NCBI RefSeq assembly: GCF_964355755.1
Contig: NC_092671.1
Span: 23,200,070-23,264,069 of the forward strand
DNA from: Antedon mediterranea
Lineage: Eukaryota; Animalia; Echinodermata
Direction: 5' to 3'
DNA length: 64,000 nt
The position numbers and the translations under genes were made by a program. Positions 40,493 to 53,396 of the stretch are shown in pieces. Position 1 is the first letter of the stretch; each line of letters begins with the position of its first letter. The notes beneath the pieces were generated by a model. It made no database searches. It was not told the DNA's origin and was given only the letters and a program-made list of their open reading frames with translations.

Positions 40493-41981
40493 GTTCCACA
40501 AGTGTCTATTCCCTCAGGCGTCGTAAAGGCAAGTAGGCCTACTGTATACTCATAACAGAAATTCGATCCATTTTTTTTTCAACGAACCCAACCATTTCAA
40601 TCTGTGCTGCAGAGGTTGGATATACATTTTTTTAAACAGATAATGAGCTAGCGCTTTCACTCGCCGTACATTATGTACACATCTTTATTATTGCAGTTAA
40701 ACCACCCACATCACCACCCTTCCCTCACTGGCATGAGTAGCGTTGTAAAACCAGTAGAGGATGGGCCTACGGTACATCACATGCCCTAAACGCAGAACAA
40801 CTTTGGAGGGTAGGGTAGGAACTAACTTAAGTATGAATTGAAAACAATTGAAAACCATTATGCCTACTAATTAAGTTGAGTTAGATAATTTAATATTTAT
40901 TGACCATTAAATCGAATTTATGATTTTGCCCGAATAGAGGTGGTTTTCACAAATTGTTTTAAATTATATAAACATATACACGTCGTAGTGATGTATCGTT
41001 ACATGTACTGTACTATTTCAATCGACGGTGATAGTTTCAACAAAGTATTAAATCGCAATGTTTTACTGTGTATAGTGGTATATTATTTGTAAAACATGAA
41101 AACAATTAATATTTCGTTACTAAATGGATAAAGAATATATTTAAAAATTGTTCTTCTTTGCACCCATCCTCTTCCCCATCCCTCAACCCTAATGTTACAT
41201 ACAAAACACAAATTAAGTTTGTTTAAATTTGACTTAAACAATTTGTCTCATTTTGTGACAAGTTTCTCTTTCGGAAGTAATTCCCATGGTGCTAATTTTA
41301 GTTGAGTACATAAATCACAGTGTCTATTTATTCGTTCCTGTAAACGACATGTATTATTGTCCTGCGGTACGTGCATTTGAAATCGCCAGTTCTTTAATGC
41401 TGAAATTATTATGTATTCGAGAACCATCTGTGGGCACGACCTAGATGGTACGCGAGCGAAGCGAGCGTACCAACTAGTTAAAAACAATTATCATAGAAGG
41501 CATCCTCGTATTATTATGCACAGGTATTTTTCAAGATGGACATTCATTATACAGAGTATACCATGATCGGAAAACAACTCTCTTTGGGGCAAATTGTTAA
41601 ACCTAAATTTGTTTTAATTGTCAATAACTAATTATCTAACTCCATTTAATTTGTAAACAGGGTTAATATGGTGGTTAAAATCTGTACCGAAAGTATGAAC
41701 CAACTTTATAACCATCAAGTAAAAATTCTAGTAACACCTGATTTACCGAATTTTGCTGTTACGTAAACTTATATATACAAAAAGTGATGAAGTGGTCACA
41801 GACTGTATATATGAGTATACCATTATGACTAATCTTTGGCTTGTTACACAATTATGTGTTCTATTAATGTCTTCATATAATACTGTTTTGTCAGGGAATC
41901 ATTTTTATCGAGTACATTGAGTAAATAATTTTTCTTAGATCCAATTTTTGGTCAAAAAGGATGACAATTAATATGCGACTA

Positions 41982-42480
41982 CAGTAGAACCTGTATTTTA
42001 CGTACCCTGATTTTACGTTCCCTTGATTTTACGTACGCTTAAAATAACCGATGACATCATCATTTTCTTACATTGAGGGCGCAGTTTAACAACAACAAAC
42101 AAAGCCATGGCTGTGTGAGGAATTCTGCTGTGAGACAAGCTACACACGTGCATTCCCCCTACAGCAGCGACTGTTTTTATTGATAGAAAATACAAGAACA
42201 TTGATATTTTATTTATAACACTTTATTTAAACGCACAGGCTGTATATACTGTAATTTTTAGTTAGGCGTCATATCTTGCTAGGCCTGCTAGCCTGGCCTG
42301 AATAGTCTAGTAGGCAAGGCCTAGCTAGTGACCACCTGCAAGCTGTACAGTAAAGTAGGCAAACACGGTAGCCTTTATAGCTACGATCTCTACGTATTTG
42401 GGGTCAATTTAAAGTCAACCTCGATTTTACGAATCCCTTGTTTTACGTACGCCTTCCGGTCACGTACTGTACGTAAAATG
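41982..42480. mobile_element. Tc1/mariner-type MITE, uninterrupted opposite-orientation sister of 6103-15291
   Basis: TA|CAGTAGAACC start, TTTTACGT repeats; interior is the reverse complement of 6110-6260 and 7222-7450; second TIR tip missing. Confidence 0.8.
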
Positions 42481-42626
42481 TATTATTAAATAGCATATTC
42501 AATTTTTAAGAATTTTTTTTTTTTCAGGGGAGCAATACATCTTTAAAGTGAATTTAACTTAACTAATAATATAATAATTTGTGTAACTGCAAAAAGGTCT
42601 GAATGTAAACAGTAAACTAAACTTAC

Positions 42627-43700
42627 TAAATTTGCTATCTTCTGTAGTACCGGTAAGTCCAAGCGGTGGTGTTTGTGGTCTTGTGTCTAATGCACCAACA
42701 CTTGAAATTCGGCCTCGACCTACTTTATGAGAGTAAGTGTCATTTATTCGTGAGACAGCAACTTCTACAGATCGATTCTGAGTATTGTTAGATGGAGTTT
42801 CAGACAAATTGAAATTCTGTTCACTCATTTTTTTTACATGTGTTGTGATATTTTCCAGAGATTTTCTATCAGAAATGTCATCTTTACTTGTGAGGGCTTC
42901 TGCAAAGTTTGCCTGGACATTAGTGGTAGTGGCATTAACTATTTCAAATGTTTGATTGGATGATTTAGTAACAGTTTTTATACTTGATACAGATTCAATG
43001 TTTGGATAATCCTCGCTAGACGACTGTAGCTTACAACTCAGGGAACAAGAATTATCTGCATTGCTGTCAAAATGGAAAGTTAACACTGTTGGTTCACCTA
43101 TATTGTTGCTGGTCATTTCATTGGTGCCACTATTTGATTTACGAGTTGGTTTTAGTACAAGCTGTTCAAATTCTGCACTCCTTCTTTGTACCAAACCTTT
43201 TCCCCCAAAAATGTGAGCATCCCTGAGATTTACATCCTTTATAAAGGATTGTACTTTTTCTTCATATTTGGTGTTCATATTTGCTGAAACAGACGGCTGT
43301 AATAGAACTTCCAGTTCATTTTTCCCACCAACAGTTAATGCATTGTTTTTTCCTACCCATGGTGATTTGTCTTCAACACATTTGCTATTATTGCCTAACA
43401 TTTTTGATTGATCTTCAGGATTTTTACAGCTTTTACATTCTTGGTAATTTGTGTCTGTTGATGAAACAAGTTGTTGAATACTTGAATCAGCATTAAAATT
43501 GCAGCCAGAATGTTCTTGCGACCTATCATATTTTGCAGTAGACAAATTGTGAAATATATCTGAATCTGCATGTTGAAATTCATTTGAAGATGAATCTGAT
43601 CTATCATATCTTTTTAAAAATGAAAATGGTTTGCTTATACCCTTTTTAACTGGACTTCGGAAGAAATCATCCTCTGCAACTATTTCTGGAAGACTTGATA
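42627..43700 (-). CDS. TANC: TANC/rols-like exon 3: large 358-codon Ser/Asn/Thr-rich, probably disordered region
   Basis: Stop-free for 1074 nt (contains ORF 42559-43545); acceptor tttttgcag at 43701-02, donor GTAAGT at 42625-26; phase 1-1 fits both neighbours. Confidence 0.78.
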
Positions 43701-43864
43701 CTGCAAAAATAAGATATTTATTATTTTTAATTTCTTTGTTAATTTTATATATTGTATTAACTATTATTAATATGTGACTTTTTTAACATATTGACATTTA
43801 CGTGAAGTTATACACCTCATATTTTTTATGATGACTAATACAAGATTCTGTGCATTTCAATGAA

Positions 43865-44227
43865 CAGGCCTGTAAAAAGTTGGTGGTCCGAGACTCGACT
43901 TATTTTAGGCTGGGCTACTTAAAATATAAGTTAGCTAGCGCCTGGGTTGGGTAACAAGGTGACTACAATGTCAAAGAGAGCCTAGAAACTTTAACGACAT
44001 TATGACGACTATCAATTAAATGAATGTAAACCAGAGTAAATTTATTTTAATACAGTATTTATAATACTGCAATAAAGCATTTTGCTTCGTGAATCAGGCT
44101 GATTATTACTATTATGACGCAAATACAGTATGTTTGATTTGAATTGCTGATCGTAAGTCTGGGCTAGTAATATTTTAGTCCAACTAGACCATGGTCTGGC
44201 ATATTATTTCAACTTTTTATAGCCCTG
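43865..44227. mobile_element. Possible old hAT-like MITE
   Basis: CAGGCCTGTAAAAAGTTG versus CAACTTTTTATAGCCCTG inverted ends; no TSD match. Confidence 0.45.
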
Positions 44228-44670
44228 CTGATTTATCATAGATTAATTCATATCAAGGGCCAATTTTCTGTGGAATTAAAAAAAAAACGTTTGCGCTAAT
44301 CAATTTATAATCAACTTTTTACACAAGTGACAGTATAGTATGCGCATGTCAAAATGCACCTGTACGCACACTTTATTTACATGCATGGTGCGACTGTGTA
44401 AAAAACTTAAATTTTGTTCTAGCCTCTTCTGTTATTTTTTTTTTAAATGGGACCATTTCAATCCTAAATAATGCCATATGAACACGTTGAATTAGAAGAC
44501 AATTTGCATGCATTTTAGTTGAAAAAGTTACAAAATATTGTTAAAATCATGCCTATTTTGAATCTTTTGACTGTGGATCCATGTTGTGGGAAGTGTTAGT
44601 AATACAGGTTTGAGTTAATCCTGCTATGTGTGGATCTATAGTCCAGTTTGCTATGTGGATGGTGTATCAC

Positions 44671-47048
44671 ATAGCCTAGTCGGAACACGGAAAACCCACA
44701 TTGTCGACAATAATAAAACTATGAAAAATCATACTTTAATCAATGGTTTCCATTACCTAAGATACCTTGGTGTTTTGAAATGTTTTTTTCATACGCAAAA
44801 ACGAAACAATCACACGCACGAACCTAGCAAAGTCAGCGATCGCTAGACCACCTAGGCTAGGCCTAGCTAGCTAGCTAAGCTATACAGCCTACCGGCCCAG
44901 CGAACCCACACACGTAGTGACATACGTCGCGGTGAAGGTCGATCGTATTAATTTATGGCGCGCCGGCAATGAAATATTAATTATTTTTAAATACAATACT
45001 AAATTACAAATACAATCAGAACATATTTATGTACATTTTAACACTTTCACCGCCAAAGACGGAAATCTCCGTCTTTCGATGCCCAGCGCCAGACCGCCAA
45101 AGACGGAAATTTCCGTCTTTGGCTTTTTATTGCACAATTTGTTAGATCATGTATATATGGACCGCATATAGAAATTTCAACATCCAAATCGACCTGGACC
45201 GCATATATTTTGATACTTTATTAACCCCTAGTGCCAATGACCCAGCTGGCCTACATCGCGTCCTATCCGTAAACAACATAATGTGCTTACTGCAGACGAA
45301 GCAATTGCAGAAATATTTGCCGACTCTGACTCTGAAAATGAGTATTTATTATCCCCAGATGATGAAGGTATATTTGTACCTAAATCTGGTTTATAAAATG
45401 TAATAAATAATTGGAGATAATTTAGCTAGCCTGGCTTAGACTAGTTTGTAGAATAGGTTGAGAAACGTGACACTGACAGTCTACAGACGGTGCAGCCAGG
45501 CTAAAAACCTCATTATCTCTGCTTTGTTCTCCGATTGAGCCTAAAGTGCTAAAAGTGAGCCAAGTTCTTTGTACAATTATGTGGTATTACAGTTTTATTT
45601 CAATAAAGTGTTTGGTACCATTGGAAAGTTTATTTCTATCTCATTATTTGAGTGTATATTGCATGTTATTCTGATTACAAACACCTTTGCTATGAGCTTT
45701 GAAAAACAGGTAAATTTATCTAAAATGGCTGGCGGTGAGGGGTACTTCCTTTATTGAATGCCTGGCGGTGAAAGTGTTAAATACCTTATATTAAACTGAA
45801 CATCGTACATACCATAAATTAAACCGTGGTTCAGTCCGTTAAAAAAAGTGTAATATTCTTGTATATTGATCGTTTTATTTAAGGACTGCGTTTATTAAGA
45901 ATATGTAATCATTTTTATCGTATTGAAGTTTTAATTATTGTAATTTTAAGATTTATCCTTTTTGGCTCTCTGTTTTATTATTTAACAATACAGTAGATGG
46001 CTATTGAAGATCTAACACCTATGCTACGTGCGCGTTTGTTCTTTTGTGGCAATGGCGGGCCGGTTACATAATAATGTCGCTTAGCGCATTATGAATGGCG
46101 GCTCCTTTCATGCATCCTTTCCCCCCTAAATCAAAGCGGTGGAAATCACGCTTATCTGGGAGGGGTGACTACAAACTAGTTTATAAAGGGTAACACGGAT
46201 TGTTTTCTCTACCACTTACCATTTGGTTAAGATATACTTGATATTACATTGCTGACAAACTTAATTTGTATTTTATAATGGATGGACCAACTGTTGTTAA
46301 GAAGGGTAGAGGCATTAATTTAATATACCGAGGGGTTCAACATTCCAAAGATAAGACGGCAAGAGACGGAAAACAGTATTGGAATCGCTAATGTTTCCCA
46401 GGACAATATGAAAGGCTGCAAATTCCACTTCACTCAGGCTATTTATCGAAAGGTACAGAACTTGGGTTTATCAGCAGCATACCACAACAACCAAGAAGTT
46501 AAGCGAATCATCCGGTCTCTGTTGTCTTTGTTCGCAACCTCTTTACCTACACAGTCAACCAAATGCCCGCTGCAAATCATCCTGGTGTTCCCGATCTTCT
46601 ACAATATTTCAGTGATACCTGGTTGAATGGTTCTTTTTCCATCGCTATGTGGAATGTACATGGAGAAGACAGCCGAAACAACAACATGCTGGAAGGTTGG
46701 CATAACAGATTCGCACTCGCAATTGGAAAATGTCTACGAGTTCATCATAGAAATGAAGGAAAAACAAGCTGCCACACAACGAACCACTCGTGCTGCCGTG
46801 TTAGGCCAACAACCACCACCAATGTAGAGGAAGTACAGAGAAAGAAGAACAGCTATGAAAAAAACATTTCAAAACACCAAGGTATCTTAGGTAATAGAAA
46901 CCATTGATTAAAGTATTATTGTCGGCAATGTGGGTTTTCCGTGTGCCGACTAGGCTATTTCATACACAATTTACATAGCCAGTCGGCAAACTGGGAGTCG
47001 GCAAACTGGGAGTCGACAAACTGGGAGTCGGCAAACTGGTCAGATACC
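44671..47048 (+). mobile_element. Decayed Mutator (MULE) transposon with transposase remnant at about 46280-46870
   Basis: GCKFHFTQAIYRKVQNLGL, QYFSDTWL, WNV, RNNNMLEGWHNRF motifs; inverted repeat 44671-44715 versus 46915-46958; terminal GTCGGCAAACTGGGA repeats to 47048. Confidence 0.85.
45042..45776 (+). mobile_element. piggyBac deletion derivative nested in the MULE
   Basis: TTAA|CACTTTCACCGCCA ... TGGCGGTGAAAGTG|TTAA; retains an acidic N-terminal remnant LTADEAIAEIFADSDSENE. Confidence 0.9.
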
Positions 47049-48054
47049 GTGTAATGCTGTGTAGGTTTTGCATGAAGCATGGACAATTTACATAAACAAT
47101 GTACTGTTCACTAATTAAAATCCTATTTAGGTTAGGAGATGTCAAATTGTGTAGCCGCCCTATGCATCGGTTAGAATATTTGGTTGGACGTACGCCGGAA
47201 AAGTGACATTATAACTGGGAGTCTAGTTTCCCTGTAAATTACTATATTTAATCCTCTACGTTTGGTTAGCAAATTACATTCATTCACTGACATCTAGGCC
47301 TAGGGGAACATAAAAATATGCAAAATCAATCCATAAATTCCATGTTATGGTTTAACGTAGTAGGCCTATTAAATTATTACAACATGTGTAAAGAAGTGTA
47401 AAAAACCTGGCCCTGTACTGACCCCAAAAATATTTTGGAGTGAAAAAAAAACATGCGAGACGTCATGCTTTAGAGTATCTTGTTTTATGTTAATGTGACA
47501 CAAAATCTAGGAGATACACACGATAATTCAACATATAAACGTGCTAAGGACATAACTAAAACTGTATATGCTCTTAAAAAGGCTGATTTTTCAAAAATGT
47601 ACACTATATTAGATAATTTTAATTGGGAGAATTGTTTTCAATATAATGATATTAGTAATATATGGGAAAGTATTTCCAGTAATATCAATTTTGCAATTTC
47701 AAAATCAAAATCTTTTCCCTGGATAACTCCAGAAATCAAAAAGCTTTGCACAAAGAAAAGAAAGTTGTACAAAATGGCTAAACAAGTAGGAACTGAAGAA
47801 AGCATAAATAAATTCAAATCTTTTTGTAGCAGGGAATTTAAAAAAGTCAATATATTGTAGCCATAGGGATTATGTTGTAATATTTCAAACAAAGCTACAA
47901 CGGATATAAAACAATTCTGGGCGTATATACAGTAAGGTCTACAAAAAAATGACTCAGATGTAATTAGCTTTAAAAGATAAATAACACAATGGTATCTGAT
48001 GCTAAGGTGTTGGCTAATCTTTTCAATTACACAATTTGTAAACAACTTTTGCAT

Positions 48055-48559
48055 AGAATAATTCCCAAAAAATATTTAAAAAAACCGATTTCGAAAAAAA
48101 GTGAATCATTTTGAAGTATCATAATAGTTATTAACTTTCACCAAAAATTAGTCGAAAAAGAAATCATTTAACTGAAATACAGATGTTTTTTTGTTCAAAA
48201 AATAACTTTGACTTCCAGTCAAAGTTTTCGATCAAAACATATCTCATAATGCAACACGCTTGTTTGGCTACTCTGTATGCATAATCATAAAACTTTCTCG
48301 CGATCTCAGTGAAAACAGCTTCTCAACCGTGACGAGTTGTAAACAATCCTAATTAGCATACTCGTGGTTGGAAATCTTTGTTTACTTTTTCTCGACGAAA
48401 TGTAATCAAAGTAATTTACCTGTTAATTACGTAAACTTGTTTTTGGCTCAAATTTTCGTCTTAAAGTGAATAACTTTAATATTACTTTGATATGGCCAAT
48501 TTAAATTTAGAATATTTTGACCTTCATTTTTTGTGTTTCAAGGGACAATACATCTTTAA
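48055..48559. mobile_element. Truncated element with Kolobok-like TTAA terminus
   Basis: Ends gggacaatacatct|TTAA. The same terminus occurs at 26105-26124 and 42526-42546. It interrupts the LINE coding sequence. Confidence 0.5.
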
Positions 48560-48917
48560 ATGTATCCAAATCACCAGGACCTGATTGTTTTCTTCCAATT
48601 AGCACAATTGGCTAATGTTTTATGTACATTCTTTAATTTAACTGTACAAAAAGGTATTTTACCAAAACAATGGAAGGATGCAAATGTTGTACCTATTTTC
48701 AAAAGAAATGGAAAACCCAAAGACGAAATGAAAAGCTATCGCCCAGTGTCTTTAACTCCCATAATTTTGTAAAATTATTGAGAAATTGCTTTGCTATCGT
48801 TTGAGGGAATATCTAGAATATAATAATATCCTTTCAGAAAATCAGTTTGGGTTTAGACAGATGTATAGTACTTAACTTTTACTTTCAAAGGTTTTTCATT
48901 CATGGGCACAGACCTTA

Positions 48918-49971
48918 GGCCCTGTTCAGACCCATGGCGTTAGACCGTTTTAGCGTACGACGCTCAAAGAATGTGTGTCTGAACAGTTAGGGATTAGTGT
49001 ACAACGCGTCGTACCCTTGTAGTGGAAAACGATTGTTAGTACCGTTTTAGCGTACGACGCTACTGTAATTCAATGTTGTATCCAATCAGAACGTTTCCTG
49101 TTATGACGCGAAACAAGGTTTGACCTAGACTGACATCTTGTATCGTCAATGTGTGAGAGATGGATTTCAACAACAAAAAGGCCAGAATAAAATAAGGCCT
49201 AACTAGTCTACAAATACAACTGTTACAAAGGCTACAAACTACTATCAACTGATTACCATAATATTTTCTAACAAATGACATAAATACATGCACCTTGTAT
49301 TTAAACATAGGGACTACAATCCCGTCCGCTTTTAGGCCTAGCTAGGCCTAGAGCCATTCACAAATTTCATTCAAGCTAAAAACTAGCGTGGAACATCAAG
49401 TCACTCATTCATATACAATGCAGACTAGACTGGACAAGTTTAATGCTGAAAACCCCCTAACTCCTAAAAAATTCAGCAAAAAACAAGGGAAGCTGTGTCT
49501 TTTTTATTAGCAAGTTAAGGGTCATTTTCAACAGACTGGACCAAAGAATATATATCTTTGACTGGACTGGATAGACTAATCACAATCAATTTTTTCTTCA
49601 TCATTGGGAGGCCTGCTTTATTTTCGTAACACAAGAGCCTGGGGAAAATGTTTTTCACTACAAAATAAAAATAATAGAAACAGAAATTTGGCTTTACTAT
49701 ATTTTTCTTAAATAAATGCTGAGGTATGTTTTATTTACGGCAAATTTTGTCATAATTGTAGGGCTGAGATCTAGGCCTATATACAGTGGAAATAATGATG
49801 AAAACACGTGGGTAAGAGCACATGAATATGCAACTAGAAACAACCTGAATGACGCACTTCCGTTGTAACGATAATTGTACGCTATGGGTCTGAGCACCTC
49901 ATTTTTTTCTCTGTGGTTTGTAATGTGACCTTGCTAGTAACGTTGTACGCTAAAACGGTCTGAACATAGCC
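48918..49971. mobile_element. PIF/Harbinger MITE with TTA TSD
   Basis: TTA|GGCCCTGTTCAGACC ... GGTCTGAACATAGCC|TTA; removing it restores the LINE frame WAQTLELKGCKNIDIIF. Confidence 0.9.
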
Positions 49972-51359
49972 TTAGAACTTAAAGGCTGTAAAAATATTGA
50001 TATCATTTTTTTTTTTTTTTTTCTGCATTTGATAAAAGGTGTCTCATAAAAGATTAATTAAGAAACTTAATAACTGTGGCATTGGTGGAAACTCTAATGC
50101 ATGGATTACAGATTTTCTTTCAAATAGACGCCAAAGGGTAATTTACAGAGGAGAAAAGTCAGAGTGGGTAAATCCTGTTAAATGCGCCGTAATGCATGTT
50201 ACAAGATGTAAAGAGATAGTTAACTGGGATTATACCATAGAATCAGACAATATTCCTAAAGTTACAGAATTCAAAATTCTAGGTGTGTATGTAAATAGTT
50301 TGTTGTCGTGTCATACACAAGTTGATTATATATGTTGTAAAGCAAGCAGATTGCTTGGTTTCATTTCAAAATGTAGTAAAAATATGTCCTGGTTAGCTAT
50401 GTTGAACTTATACAAAGCTCTATTACTTCCAGTGGTTACCTACTGTTGTTCAATGTGGGCACCATTTAAGAAATTATCACATATTAATAGAATAGAAAGT
50501 ATACAAAGGAAAGCAACAAGGATAATAATGTTTAGAAAGGAAGGTTCCTGGGACACTTCTTATTTTCATATAGGTTGAAAGTGCTTGAATTATTATCTAT
50601 TGATGACTTGTTTAAATTACATAGACTTTCATTAGGATTTAAGGTGTTGAAAGGTTACTGTCCCCATTCTTTCAGTGAGTTTATTAAAACTAGTGAAAGA
50701 TGTCTGGGTAGGCTTTTACATTGGAATTCAAAAGGCAATACTTTTCATAATTCTGTATTTGTTTCCTTTCCTTGACTATGGGAGCAAATACCAAATGACG
50801 TAAAAGATTCACTAACAAAACACTATATTTCATGTTATGTATAGTTTATTTGTATTTTTCTTGTATATGGTTTTATCTTAACTGTTTGTATTGTATGGAG
50901 TGAGTGCAGAATCTGTTTGGGCGTTAGCCTATTCTCATTCCTGGTTATTTTTGCATTGATGACCGAATAAATATTATTATTATTATCCCACCAGCAGCCA
51001 TCATCTCCTGCACGCCGAGTACAGTTTATCGACCCTGGCCATGTGTTGACACTGGTTGTGGTTGGAAAGCGGTCAACAGAGTATCGTGTTTCATGCTAGT
51101 GACCAAAAAATCTACATCTGATACTTGGCCTAGTATCAGGAAAATAGTGTGGGAGATTTTCAACACTAAATTACTGAAACTTAGATACGAAAGGTTTTAA
51201 TTTTATAGGATTAACCAATAGTCATACCTACACCCAAAAAGGTTAAAGTTGGTCAAAAGAAATCCACATAAGACAACCAAACTTTAGGCACCCTGTCAGG
51301 AAGTAGCTAGCCAGGTTTGCGGCGACCATGCTTCAAGCTAGAAATGCATCAACCCTCAA

Positions 51360-51970
51360 ACTGGTTGATTGTGCTACCCAATGTGCTATCCATTTGAAAT
51401 AATGTGATACCGAATAATGTGTATAGAATAATGTACAATATACTATATCCATTTGATTGTGCTACCCAATGTGCTATCCATTTTAAAGTATGTGCTACCC
51501 GATAATCCGTATAGAATAATGTACAGTATATCCATTTGATTGTGCTACCCAATGTGCTATCCATTTTAAAGTATGTGCTACCCGATAATCCTTATAGAAT
51601 AATATACAGTATACTATATCCATTTGATTGTGCTACCTAATATGCTATCCATTTGAAAGTATGTGCTACCCAATAATCCGTATAGAATAATGTACAGTAT
51701 ATCCATTTGATTGTGCTACCCAATGTGCTATCCATTTGAAATTATGTGCTATCTATCTATTTGAAATAATGTGCACCTGATAATCTGTAAAGAATAATGT
51801 ACAGTATACTACTGTATATCCATCCATTTGATTGTATATCCATTTGATTGTGCTATCTATTTGAAATTACATGCTGTCTATTTGAAAAGAATGTGCTACC
51901 CGAAAATCAGTATAGAATAATTAATAATAATATACAGTATACTATCCATTTGAAATTATGTGCTACCCAT
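51360..51970. repeat. Minisatellite, ~85-bp unit made of TGTGCTACCC/TGTGCTATCC subunits
   Basis: tatccatttgattgtgctacccaatgtgctatccatt...tatagaataatgtacagta repeated about 7 times, decaying to the right. Confidence 0.92.
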
Positions 51971-52158
51971 TGTTGTTTCATTAATTTTCTTTCTTTTTTG
52001 CCATAATCCTTTATACAAATTGGGGAAAACCCGGTATTTTTTCTGAAAAGTTGCGATTATTCAATTTGTTTTGAAAAAAGTTATTGCAATTAAATGTAGT
52101 TTGTGACCTAAAATCTAAACAACGTAGGGAATGTGGCTTTAATTATTATTTTATATAC

Positions 52159-52533
52159 CTTGAGCATTTGCTTTCAAATCCATAGGAACATATTGACTTG
52201 CAAAATGGTTCATAGAGCTTTCTGTGCATTCTAAAATTTTAGATGATGTTTCAGCAGTCAATACACTTGTATCATCCAATGATGTCAACGTATTCTGAGT
52301 AGTGTTTAGTGATTTGTTATTCATCAAAGTATTATCTTCTTGGAATAAATGCACTGACTTTGGTAGCAAAGTGTTGGAAATAGATTTGGAAGCACCCTTT
52401 TTAAAACTTATTTCACTTCTAGAATAGTGTAGCTCATCAGATGAGCTAAATGCTGTCTTTCCAAACAAATCACCAAGTCTTGACATCAAAGCAATGGCAG
52501 CCTCTGATGGAGGAGGTGGAGGCATATTTTTAT
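52159..52533 (-). CDS. TANC: TANC/rols-like exon 2 (NKNMPPPPPSEAAIALMSRLGDLFG...)
   Basis: Polypyrimidine tract plus CAG acceptor at 52534-35, donor at 52157-58; 375 nt, phase 1-1. LMSRLGDLFG resembles the TANC N-terminal LMTRLGFLLG motif (from recall). Confidence 0.82.
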
Positions 52534-53396
52534 CTGTTGAGAAAAAAAATTGTATATAGAGTAAAACAGAACCATTTGATTTAAACAAAAGGATCATTTT
52601 AGTAGTTTAGCACCTTTTCGATACATTTACGTATACATATTTAAATTCAGCATTATTCTATCCTCTTATTCTTCTTATTAACAGCTGACAAACATAAATT
52701 TTCTAGTGTCAAAAGGTGAATTGTAAGACACTCTCTGACTGTGGCATGCTGAGAGAGTACTGTTATTTTAATTTGTGTAATTTGGTGGTTTTTTAACGAA
52801 CAGGGGGACATTGGTCGAGGAAGGACACACATAGAGCTTTGACTGGGCAGGAGGGGCACGACAATGGTCGTGAAAGAAGCAGGGGATTAGATTGTAACTG
52901 TGATCAAATAAGTTGTCCTTTGTGGGCACCAGGCCTTGTGAACTCAGATGGGGACAAGTTGTTCCGCCATACTGAGTAGTAATGCACCCTATATGGATGT
53001 ATGCAAGGTATCCGTTAGTATTTATTGTGACTAACCTGTGTGGACACCCGGCCCCACTACTTTTGGGCAGATTCCGAGAAGCGGCCTGTGGATAATTGTA
53101 ATATAATGTGCGAGGTTAATGCTTGTATTAAGACTCTACTCGCTTGGTTGCAATATCAGAGTTGTTTATTCAGTCATGCTTAATATACAGGATAATACAG
53201 TAAAATACAGAATAAAATGATTTATTTGGACGCTGTTAAGTACATGGCTTTTCTTGATGAAGTACCAAAGACTGCTATTCCAGAGGGATCATGTCAGGGA
53301 TAATTTACCTTATTCATGAAAAATATCATTAACAACATTGGGGAACGGTTAGGGAATATGGACCAAATTGCTCAATTCATCTTTTTGCTGCCCTCC

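Larger units (their letters stand above)
47480..50987 (+). mobile_element. Fragmented CR1-group LINE interrupted by two DNA elements
   Basis: PWITPEIKKL, WKDANVVPIFK, YRPVSLT, QFGFR, IESIQRKATR; 3' AATAAA plus (ATT)n tail at about 50966-50987. Confidence 0.85.

Noticed and set aside
52653-52975. Possible TANC N-terminal RING exon (CPSC on the minus strand)
   Set aside because: A stop follows shortly, the other RING ligands are absent and no convincing splice sites were found.
53086-53199. Possible solo LTR (TG...CA)
   Set aside because: No TSD, PBS or PPT, and no second copy in the window.
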